From contig CAYZAT010000001.1 of NCBI GenBank assembly GCA_964476475.1, forward strand, positions 1-58,264: a DNA stretch of 58,264 nt, in the 5' to 3' direction. How positions within the stretch are numbered: the stretch's first letter is position 1; each line of letters begins with the position of its first letter. The stretch is from an uncultured Pirellulales bacterium. GTDB lineage: Bacteria; Planctomycetota; Phycisphaerae; Sedimentisphaerales; Anaerobacaceae. Below the pieces are notes generated by a model, which was not told the DNA's origin, ran no database searches, and saw only the letters and a list, made by a program, of their open reading frames with translations. Shown here piece by piece: positions 8,297-16,294 of this stretch. A program made the position numbers and the translations under genes.

Positions 8297-10199
8297 ACGT
8301 ATTTGTTTGAGGCGATACCGCATGCTGCAAAGAGCACGACAGATTCCACACAATCTGATTTTCTTTGTGCTGGCCATGCTCTATCTTTGGCTCGTTGTCG
8401 AACCGCATCTCATTTATCAATCTTTCGGAACCATTTTGCCGAATGCCCCCATTTTCCTAACCGGATGGTCGTTTCTGGCCGGCTCGTTGCACCTGCCGGG
8501 CGGATTCGTTTCATATATTTCCGGACTGCTTTCTCAAGGTTTTTATTATTCATGGCTGGGTGCCTTGATCGTCATGCTGTCCGCGTTATGCCTGTGCGAA
8601 CTGTCCAGACGCCATCTTTCCGCCGCCGGTTACGCCCGGTCCACGGTGCTGAGTTCTCTCCCGGCGATCCTGCTTGTTTTGATCTACAGTCGGTACAAAC
8701 ATCCTCTCGCTGCTTGTTTCGTGGTGTCTTCAGGTCTGGCTTGTTCTGTTATTTTTGAGAAACTGCCTGTGCGCCGATTAGTGATTCGTATCATAGCCTA
8801 TTGCCTTATGGCCGCGGTGCTCTTCTGGTTGGCGGGAGCAGGGGGGGTAGTCATTTTCGCATTCATGACGATCCTCTACGGAATCTTCATCCGAAGGGAC
8901 TTTGTATTGTCGGCACTGGCGATGCCGGTGGGTTTGGGGATCGTCTGGTCCTTTGCACAGGATGTCTTCCTCATACTGCCCCGGGAAACGTTTACTGTTT
9001 TAACATCCCTTGTCCCGTCGGCGATGCAAGGCGAAAATACTTTTTCAGCCGTGTTGATTGTCATTCTATACAGTTTTGTTCCCGTAAGCGTAATACTTAT
9101 GCTCCTGGGAAGAAACGTATTCGCAAAGTTCAGGCCGAAGCCAAAGAAACGTTCCAGGAAAGACAAGAAAAAGGAACAGGCCGGGATCCTTGCGGCCCTT
9201 CTCAGGAATGGAGTCAAAGTGGCGTTTCCGATCGTACTAACGGGAGCGGGACTCTATTTTAGTTATAACCGAATGAGCAAACCCCTCATTCAGGCACACG
9301 ATTATTCTCTGTGCCGGCAGTGGGACGAGATACTCGAATTGAGCCGCCGTTTACCTAAGGGCGCGAGTAACGTTTATTTCAACCATTATGTTAATCGAGC
9401 CTTATATCATACCGGCAGACTGCCTTATGATATGTTCACGTTTCCGCAGACGCCGCACGGTTTGCTTCTGACTCACGAGAAAAAAGCGTCCGATCTGACG
9501 CGATTGAAACTCTGCGATATTTACATGGAGCTTGGCCGGGTGAACACCGCCGAGCGACTGGCGACGGAGATTCTAACCGCACGGAACCACTGCGGGATGG
9601 TGGTCGAAAAAATAGCCTGGATTAATATCATCAAGGGAAATTACGAGACCGCCCGGATTTATCTCAACGTGCTCAGGAAAGACCTCGTCTATCGCAACAG
9701 AGCTCAAACTCCTCTAAAGGCATTGGACGACGGCTTCACGCCGGATCGAAAGGCGTACATGGATACCATCCGCTCGCGTATGCATCAGGAGGGCTATCTG
9801 GGAACCGGGGACAAATCCGTCGAGCAGATTCTGACCGAATTGCTCGCATTCAACCCGGCCAACAGAATGGCGTTTGAATATTTGATGGCGTGCTATTTGC
9901 TGACGGGCCAGGTGGATAAGATCGCGGCGAGGATGGAGCAGATCAAGGAATTCGACTATGATGGTATTCCTACCCTTTACGAGGAAGCATTGCTCATCTA
10001 CTTCGGTTCCCAGGGCCGGAAGATCGACTTGACTAAAACCAATATAAGGCGTGAAACTTATAACCGCTTCGTGAAGTTTATCCAACTAAGAAACAGCATG
10101 CGACCGACCAATCGTCACATTGTGCTCAAGCGTCTAATCTCTGAATACGGCAGCAGCTACTTCTTCTATTCGACGTTCGGGCGCGTTGGGGTTCTCTAA
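8289..10199 (+). CDS. Polytopic membrane protein with a C-terminal TPR-like helical repeat region (possibly DUF6057-like)
   Basis: About 8 or more hydrophobic segments fill the first ~330 aa, followed by a KKRSRKDKKK linker. The helical C-terminal half carries TPR-like motifs (GRVNTAERLATEIL, KGNYETARIYLNVL). The start is GTG 8289, overlapping the upstream stop, or ATG 8322. The family assignment is from memory only. Confidence 0.6.
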   Translation: MSERICLRRYRMLQRARQIPHNLIFFVLAMLYLWLVVEPHLIYQSFGTILPNAPIFLTGWSFLAGSLHLPGGFVSYISGLLSQGFYYSWLGALIVMLSALCLCELSRRHLSAAGYARSTVLSSLPAILLVLIYSRYKHPLAACFVVSSGLACSVIFEKLPVRRLVIRIIAYCLMAAVLFWLAGAGGVVIFAFMTILYGIFIRRDFVLSALAMPVGLGIVWSFAQDVFLILPRETFTVLTSLVPSAMQGENTFSAVLIVILYSFVPVSVILMLLGRNVFAKFRPKPKKRSRKDKKKEQAGILAALLRNGVKVAFPIVLTGAGLYFSYNRMSKPLIQAHDYSLCRQWDEILELSRRLPKGASNVYFNHYVNRALYHTGRLPYDMFTFPQTPHGLLLTHEKKASDLTRLKLCDIYMELGRVNTAERLATEILTARNHCGMVVEKIAWINIIKGNYETARIYLNVLRKDLVYRNRAQTPLKALDDGFTPDRKAYMDTIRSRMHQEGYLGTGDKSVEQILTELLAFNPANRMAFEYLMACYLLTGQVDKIAARMEQIKEFDYDGIPTLYEEALLIYFGSQGRKIDLTKTNIRRETYNRFVKFIQLRNSMRPTNRHIVLKRLISEYGSSYFFYSTFGRVGVL

Positions 10200-11668
10200 G
10201 GTTCGTACGGTTTCCACTTTCTGTTCGGGCCTTGCCGCTCGATGGCTTTCATCTCCGTAGCGTTGCCTTCGTCGCCTTGCTGGTTCATCCAGCGATCAAG
10301 CTCTTTCCGTAGCCGGGTTCTTGTTTTTGCATGGGCGGGATCGTTAGCCAGATTGGTTAGCTCATAAGGGTCTTTTTGAAGGTCGTAGAGTTCCACTTCG
10401 GGCCGATGTTGATAGAATCGGGCGCGTGCGGCCACGGCCGGATTCGTCTCGCCGATGTCCTTCCAGGTTTGCAGCAGCTCTTTAGGCTTAGTTGCCACGA
10501 CATTGTAAAACACGGTCTTGTAATTCGGGTTCCAGATATACTTATACCGCTCGTCGCGCACGGAACGTACGGGATAGCATGCTGAGCCGTTGATGATTCC
10601 TCGGGTTGTATGCGCGCCATAGACATAATCGCGATGTTTGTCGGTTTTATTGAGCAGCACGTCCAGGAAACTGCGCCCGTCGAATCCGGTCGCGCCGTGC
10701 TTATCCGGGCGCCCGGTCCGGATTGTCTCCGGGGCGCCGCCGGCCGCTTCGATCAGCGTCGGCGTCACGTCCACGTATTGCGTCAGGGCACTGTTGCGCG
10801 AACCGGCCTTGACCGCCGCGGGCCAGCGGACGATAAAGGCCGTCTTCAAGCCCATTTCGTAACACGTCCATTTCGCCCCGAATGGAAACGACGAGCCTTG
10901 TTCGCTCGTGAAGATAACCATCGTGTCGTTGCGCCGGCCGGACTCATCGACGATTTTCATACAATTACCGAGTTGGCCGTCGAGATAGGTAATCTCGGCG
11001 TAATATTTTGTGAGGTCTTGCCGGGTATGAGGACAATCGACTAAGTAGGGCGGGACGGTGAGTTCGTCCGCCTTGTAGACGGAAGCATCTCCCATGTTCC
11101 ACGGCCCATGCGGCTCGTTCGAGCAGACAATCAGACAGTAGGGTTGCTCCTTGTCACGATTCACAAATTCGGCGATGGCCTCGGTATCAGAAGCGCCTCT
11201 TTTGTTATTTTTGCCGATGGTCTCGAACGGGAACGACGCCGGCGGCCCGAAATGCCTTTTGCCGATCAGTCCGACGCGATATCCGAAGGCTTTGAGATAG
11301 CGCGGCAGACTTTTGACGCCGTCATAGACTTTGCTGTGGTTGGGATAGGCCCCGTTGCGTACCGGGTACATACCCGTATAAAGTTGTTGCCGGGTCGGAG
11401 CGCACATCGCTGTGGTCGTGAACATCCTGTCGAAGCACATCCCCTCGCGTGCCAACCGGGCCATGTTCGGCGTCCGCACCTGTTTACTTCCATAAGGCTC
11501 GCAATCCTCGCACGTCATGTCGTCGCCGATAACAAGCATGATGTTCGGCCGCTTCGATTTCGTTTGTGAAAACGCAACCCGGAAAGAGAGGCCCGAACCC
11601 ACAAAAAACGGTATCGAGCCAACTAATGTTTTTTGGAGAAACTGCCTTCGCGTCGTCATCATTTGCAT
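10196..11668 (-). CDS. Formylglycine-dependent sulfatase (arylsulfatase family) with a Tat-type signal
   Basis: The Tat-like signal is MTTRRQFLQKTLVGS. The sulfatase signature MCAPTRQQLYTGMYP (C-x-P-x-R) follows NIMLVIGDDM, and the length is typical (490 aa). Confidence 0.9.
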   Translation of the reverse strand: MQMMTTRRQFLQKTLVGSIPFFVGSGLSFRVAFSQTKSKRPNIMLVIGDDMTCEDCEPYGSKQVRTPNMARLAREGMCFDRMFTTTAMCAPTRQQLYTGMYPVRNGAYPNHSKVYDGVKSLPRYLKAFGYRVGLIGKRHFGPPASFPFETIGKNNKRGASDTEAIAEFVNRDKEQPYCLIVCSNEPHGPWNMGDASVYKADELTVPPYLVDCPHTRQDLTKYYAEITYLDGQLGNCMKIVDESGRRNDTMVIFTSEQGSSFPFGAKWTCYEMGLKTAFIVRWPAAVKAGSRNSALTQYVDVTPTLIEAAGGAPETIRTGRPDKHGATGFDGRSFLDVLLNKTDKHRDYVYGAHTTRGIINGSACYPVRSVRDERYKYIWNPNYKTVFYNVVATKPKELLQTWKDIGETNPAVAARARFYQHRPEVELYDLQKDPYELTNLANDPAHAKTRTRLRKELDRWMNQQGDEGNATEMKAIERQGPNRKWKPYEP

Positions 11669-11853
11669 TTGTTGCTCCTATATGACATTCATTCAAATCA
11701 TCCTTGAAACTATACAACAAATGACAAGAGTTGGCTACCTGCTTTTCATTTCTGTTTTTATGTTGTGCCTGATCGAGCGGCGTTTATAATCCGGCGTGGA
11801 TTATGAATGAGAGAATGTAGGTGATTCACGGGGGATCGTGAAAGGAATCGATA

Positions 11854-12939
11854 ATGGCAGAGAAGCTCAAGGACATGTTCTTTACTTCTTCTTCTGTTCG
11901 CGCTATGGCCGATGTGCTCAAGCAATATTATCCTGGTTTTAATAAGAAGCGTTTTGTCGGTCTGATTTTCGATGAAGATTTCGAACGTAAGGAACTTAAG
12001 GCCAGAATGCGTCATACTACGGAATGTTTGCGACAGGTTTTGCCGAAGTCCTACAAGAAAACGTTGGGCATTTTGAAAAAGGCCGCTCCGCACGTGAAGG
12101 GTTTCGAGGCGATGTGTCTGCCGGATTATGTTGAGCTGTACGGGCTGGATGACTGGGATTTGTCGCTGAGTGCCTTGGCGCTCTTCACGAAATACGCAAG
12201 CTCCGAGTTCGCAATCCGCCCTTTTATTATCAAGGATCCGAAGCGAGCCATGGCTTTTATGAAAAAGCTCGCCGGGGATAAAAACGAGAACGTGAGGCGT
12301 TTTTCCAGCGAGGGATGCCGGCCGAGGCTCCCCTGGGCGATGGCCATACCGGCGTTCAAAAAGGACCCCGGTCTGATATTACCCATTCTGGAGAAACTTA
12401 AGAATGACGATTCCGAGTTTGTCCGCCGGAGTGTGGCCAACAACCTGAACGATATTTCCAAGGACCATCCCGAACTTGTTCTCGATACGTGCGAAAAATG
12501 GGTTGGCAACACCGAGAACACGGACTGGATTATCAAACATGCGTGCCGCACGATGCTCAAAGCGGGCAACAGCCGGGCCATGTTGCTATTTGGTTTCGGC
12601 GATCCCAAAAACATCAGTGTCAAAAAGTTCGAGCTCGATAAAAAGAGACTCGCCATTGGAAAGAATGTCCAATTTTCTTTCACCCTGCAAGTCGTCACAA
12701 AGAAGGCCTGTAAAATTCGCCTTGAATATATTGTGCACTTTGCCAAGGCCTCCAGTAAGATCACTAAAAAGGTGTTCAAAATAACGGAGAAGTCTTATGC
12801 TCCGGGGAGGTATGTAGTGAATAAGAAACACTCATTTGCGGATATGTCCACCCGAAAGCACCATCCCGGCGAGCATCGGTTAATGATTGTTGTCAATGGC
12901 GTTGAAAAAGCTCAAGAGACTCTGACACTGACAAAGTAG
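11854..12939 (+). CDS. DNA alkylation repair (AlkD/YhaZ-like HEAT-repeat) family protein
   Basis: The sequence EFAIRPFIIKDP...ENVRRFSSEGCRPRLPWAMAIPAFKKDP...DDSEFVRRSVANNLNDISKDHPELV matches my recollection of the DNA_alkylation (PF08713) pattern. Confidence 0.7.
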   Translation: MAEKLKDMFFTSSSVRAMADVLKQYYPGFNKKRFVGLIFDEDFERKELKARMRHTTECLRQVLPKSYKKTLGILKKAAPHVKGFEAMCLPDYVELYGLDDWDLSLSALALFTKYASSEFAIRPFIIKDPKRAMAFMKKLAGDKNENVRRFSSEGCRPRLPWAMAIPAFKKDPGLILPILEKLKNDDSEFVRRSVANNLNDISKDHPELVLDTCEKWVGNTENTDWIIKHACRTMLKAGNSRAMLLFGFGDPKNISVKKFELDKKRLAIGKNVQFSFTLQVVTKKACKIRLEYIVHFAKASSKITKKVFKITEKSYAPGRYVVNKKHSFADMSTRKHHPGEHRLMIVVNGVEKAQETLTLTK

Positions 12940-12971
12940 AGAACACCGACCTGAAAAGCCCGGAATGGAAT

Positions 12972-13697
12972 ATGATTGTTCTACTGACGGATTTTGGTTT
13001 TACTGAATATGTGGGTGTGATGAAGGGGGTAATCTATCGCATCAATGCGAATGCGAGAATCGTCGATCTCTGTCACAACATTTCGCCTCAGAGCATTATC
13101 GAGGCTTCGTGGATTCTGAAGAATAATTATAAGTACTTTCCGGTCGGTGCGGTGTTTTGCTGTGTTGTCGATCCCGGCGTCGGGACGAAACGAAAAGCGC
13201 TGGGCGTCAAGACGGCGGATTACACCTTCGTCGCCCCGGATAACGGTCTGCTCTGGGAAACGCTCAAAGAGCAGGAAATCATTGACATAAGGATGATTCC
13301 AATTCCGAAAGATGCGAGCCGAACATTTCACGGCCGGGATGTCTTCGCCAAAGCCGCAGCGAATATTGATCTGGGCGGTTTCGAAGCCCTGGGGCCGAGA
13401 ACAAACGAAATACAAAAACGGGAATTGCGCTGTAACGAGAGGGTGGGAACGGTTGTGAGAATCGACCGGTTTGGAAACATCATCACGAATCTGCCAAGTG
13501 AAGGTAAGACGGATTATTCTGTAGAAGTTAATGGATGCCGTAGTCGGATGGATTTCTATCCGAGCTACGAGACTGCGGTAGACGATGAGTTATTTTTAAT
13601 CGAAGGTTCGTGTAAGACGCTGGAGATCAGTCTCAAAAACGGCAATGCCAATGGGAGGTTAAAGTTGATGACGGGTCAGCGGATCGAGATCGCGTGA
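12972..13697 (+). CDS. SAM hydrolase / SAM-dependent halogenase family protein (DUF62, S-adenosyl-L-methionine hydroxide adenosyltransferase-like)
   Basis: The sequence MIVLLTDFGFTEYVGVMKGVI...IVDLCHNISPQSIIEASW...VVDPGVGTKRK...FVAPDNGLL...FHGRDVFA fits the DUF62 family. Confidence 0.8.
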   Translation: MIVLLTDFGFTEYVGVMKGVIYRINANARIVDLCHNISPQSIIEASWILKNNYKYFPVGAVFCCVVDPGVGTKRKALGVKTADYTFVAPDNGLLWETLKEQEIIDIRMIPIPKDASRTFHGRDVFAKAAANIDLGGFEALGPRTNEIQKRELRCNERVGTVVRIDRFGNIITNLPSEGKTDYSVEVNGCRSRMDFYPSYETAVDDELFLIEGSCKTLEISLKNGNANGRLKLMTGQRIEIA

Positions 13698-13700
13698 AAA

Positions 13701-14192
13701 ATGAAATGCCGTGCCTATATCGATATCGAGACGACCGGGTTGAGCAGGCGATTGGCCGACTTAACGGTGATCGGGATCGCTCTGGAGAAGAACGGGCCGT
13801 GCGAGGTCGTTCAGCTTTTCGATACGGAACTGTCCGACGAAAAGCTGTTAGCTGCTTTAAACGGCGTGGACGAGCTGTACAGCTATAACGGCAGCCGGTT
13901 CGATCTGCCCTTTATTCGCGCCAAACTCGGTGTGGATTTGAACAAGTGCTTCAAGCACACGGACCTGATGTACGATTGTTGGCGAAATAAGCTCAAAGGC
14001 GGTCTCAAAGCCGTCGAAAGAAAGTTGGGCATCAACCGAAATCTGAAAGACGTCAATGGGTACGAGGCGGTGAAGTTCTGGTACGAGTATGTGAACAATC
14101 ACAATCGGCAAGCCTTGGCCACGTTGCTGGAGTATAACCGCGAGGACATCGTCAACTTGCAGGTCCTCAGACAAAAGCTACAAGTAGGATAA
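13701..14192 (+). CDS. RNase H-like (YprB-type, DEDD-like) exonuclease domain protein
   Basis: Motifs are YIDIETTGL ... YSYNGSRFDLPFI ... YNREDIVNL. The gene starts 3 nt after the upstream stop. Confidence 0.7.
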   Translation: MKCRAYIDIETTGLSRRLADLTVIGIALEKNGPCEVVQLFDTELSDEKLLAALNGVDELYSYNGSRFDLPFIRAKLGVDLNKCFKHTDLMYDCWRNKLKGGLKAVERKLGINRNLKDVNGYEAVKFWYEYVNNHNRQALATLLEYNREDIVNLQVLRQKLQVG

Positions 14193-14197
14193 AATAT

Positions 14198-14899
14198 ATG
14201 GCAGAAGAAAATAGTGGTATGGGTGTGATTTTCGATCTGGATGGAGTGCTGGTCGATACGGGCTGGGCGCATAAGCAATCATGGTACGATCTGGCCGAGA
14301 AAGAGGGTTTGAACATGTCGGATGAGTTTTTCTACGGTACGTTCGGTATGCGGAACGACCAGATCATTCCGAAGCTGGTGGAAAGATCGTGTCGCGGGCA
14401 TCTTGCCCGCGATTCGAGGGCGGGACGCTTTCGACACGTGGGCCAACTTTCCGATTGGAAGGAACAACGTTATCGCGAGATTATCGCCGAGAAGCTCACA
14501 TTGCCGGCGGGCGTCGGTGAATTGCTCGATGATTTGAAGAAGAACGATTTTCTGATGGCCGTGGGTTCCTCAGCGCCAAAGGCCAATTTGAACCTTTGTT
14601 TGGATCGCGTACACATAAGAGACTATTTTGACGCTTGCGTGACGGGTGAGGAGGTCGTTGAAGGCAAGCCGGCGCCGGAAACGTTTCTCAGGGCTGCGGA
14701 GAAGCTGGGGCTTTCGCCGCAATGTTGTGTCGTTGTGGAGGATGCGGCCCAGGGCGTCGAGGCGGGCAAGGCCGCCGGGATGCCCGTCGTGGCCGTCACA
14801 ACGACCCGGGACCGGGCGGATCTGTCGGCGGCAGATATCATCGTGGACAGTTTAGGCGAGTTAACCGCAGAGGCCTTCGCCCGGCTGCTCAGAGCTTAA
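14198..14899 (+). CDS. HAD-superfamily hydrolase (beta-phosphoglucomutase/phosphatase-like), carrying an in-frame repeat insertion
   Basis: HAD motifs are present: VIFDLDGVLVDT (motif I), GSSAP (II) and GKPAPETF ... VVVEDAAQGVEAGKAAGM (III/IV). The cap region contains the repeat-encoded segment RSCRGHLARDSRAGRFRHV. Confidence 0.85.
   Translation: MAEENSGMGVIFDLDGVLVDTGWAHKQSWYDLAEKEGLNMSDEFFYGTFGMRNDQIIPKLVERSCRGHLARDSRAGRFRHVGQLSDWKEQRYREIIAEKLTLPAGVGELLDDLKKNDFLMAVGSSAPKANLNLCLDRVHIRDYFDACVTGEEVVEGKPAPETFLRAAEKLGLSPQCCVVVEDAAQGVEAGKAAGMPVVAVTTTRDRADLSAADIIVDSLGELTAEAFARLLRA
14388..14438. repeat. GC-rich hairpin element (family 2), in-frame copy inside the HAD hydrolase gene
   Basis: The sequence is cgtgtcgcgggcatcttgcccgcgattcgagggcgggacgctttcgacacg. 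The hairpin is cgcgggca-tct-tgcccgcg and the outer inverted repeat is cgtgtcg/cgacacg. The core 14391-14428 matches the reverse complement of 24478-24515 at 37/38 positions and 54876-54913 at 33/38 positions by my manual alignment. Confidence 0.8.
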
Positions 14900-14941
14900 A
14901 AATCAGTAGGTTGTGCATTGCACACCGTACCGGTTGAATGA

Positions 14942-16282
14942 TTATCCGGTTTCTTTCATCTCGACTAAGTAAATCATTGTCGGCTCCCTCGGTGTTTCCG
15001 GTTTGCGATCCCGGTTGGGTCGGTCGGTTTGTTGTTGCATGTAATGTTTCTGTCCCGGCGGTAATGGTCCGCGATTCACAGCACGAATGTGTGGTATGGC
15101 GGGAGTTGTGGTTCCGGTTTTCTGAATTGGGCTTTGGCCCGGCTGGCTTCTCAGGAGTTGCTTTCGGGTGAGAACAAACTGGCCCTTCGTCGGCGTGGCG
15201 TGGCGATTACTGTAGGAAATCCGAATCTTTTGATCTGAAGGGATAGAGATTCTGGGAGTGGGAGGGGATTCTGGAATGCTGCCCCGGCCCTCGAAATAGA
15301 AACGATGCGTCCAGTCGGTTAACTGGATGATTTTCCATGTATCGCCGACGGGAGTGGCGATGTAAAGTTGGTTGTAGCCGTTTTTGTCGAAGCGTGTATA
15401 ACCGATGTAAGGATGTCCTTCCGCATCCACAACGAAAGTCCCGCCATTCATAAGCCCGCTTTTTTGCGGGATAGGATCGACGACGCCGGTATTTTCCGGT
15501 GTCATCGGCAGTTCGAGTTTGCGCCCGTCCAGGGTCATCCACGAAACGCCGCGGTCGAGGCTCCTGACATAGCATACATCGAAGTTGGTCACGACGTCCG
15601 GCGTTTCGCGCCAGCACCAGGCGAAATGCCAAACGCCGCCATTATCCTCCCGCAGACCAAGCGGATAGGCATTGCACGTGGGACTGCGATCCCGACCGTT
15701 GGTCAAAGCGGGAACCGACTTGGTCCACCGTTGGGTTTCTTCGTCATAATGAACCAAGATGCGCATTCCGTTTCCGCTGCCGCCGTGCCGGTACATGAGG
15801 TAAATAGAGCCATCGCGCAGTTTGAATAGCGTTGGGTACGTGACCCGGCTCTCGAAGTCCCCGGCCCATGTGTGAATCCCTCGGAACGTGTGGATGTCTG
15901 CCGGAGCCTTAGTGCGATAATATTTCAGAGACGCGCAGTGCATATTACCGGTCAGGTGGAGGTATCCTTGGCGGTCCTGAAACAGCAGGATTTTATTGTG
16001 CGTGTCCCAACCCACACGCTCCGGCAGCTTCGCAAAGTCCCAATTCGTTTCGCTGAGCTTTCGTTGGCCCACCGTGAGCTGATGGTCTCCGTCGTAGAAA
16101 GCAATATACTGGTATTCGCCGTCCGAGATCAGGCAATGCCCGCCATTGACGGGATGTGAGGCGAGGCCCTTTGCGACCGGAATCTTACGGATATCCACCT
16201 GTTTGGCAACAGAAGTGCTATGAGATGTTATTAGTTGCGAACAAAGAAAAAAAGAAATGATTATATTTCTAACCTGCATCAT
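14942..16282 (-). CDS. BNR_4-type (sialidase-fold beta-propeller) exported protein
   Basis: A signal-like N-terminus is followed by WDTHNKILLFQDRQGYLHLTGNMHCASLKYYRT and YRHGGSGNG, as I remember for PF15892 BNR_4 proteins. RBS is aaggagccata before the ATG. Confidence 0.65.
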   Translation of the reverse strand: MMQVRNIIISFFLCSQLITSHSTSVAKQVDIRKIPVAKGLASHPVNGGHCLISDGEYQYIAFYDGDHQLTVGQRKLSETNWDFAKLPERVGWDTHNKILLFQDRQGYLHLTGNMHCASLKYYRTKAPADIHTFRGIHTWAGDFESRVTYPTLFKLRDGSIYLMYRHGGSGNGMRILVHYDEETQRWTKSVPALTNGRDRSPTCNAYPLGLREDNGGVWHFAWCWRETPDVVTNFDVCYVRSLDRGVSWMTLDGRKLELPMTPENTGVVDPIPQKSGLMNGGTFVVDAEGHPYIGYTRFDKNGYNQLYIATPVGDTWKIIQLTDWTHRFYFEGRGSIPESPPTPRISIPSDQKIRISYSNRHATPTKGQFVLTRKQLLRSQPGQSPIQKTGTTTPAIPHIRAVNRGPLPPGQKHYMQQQTDRPNRDRKPETPREPTMIYLVEMKETG

Positions 16283-16294
16283 TATGGCTCCTTG

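Noticed and set aside
10196-10199. Convergent genes with overlapping or abutting stop codons (CTAA at 10196-10199; TGATCA at 25134-25139) and no terminator between them.
   Set aside because: This is real but ordinary genome compaction, and I see no evidence of a functional signal beyond that.
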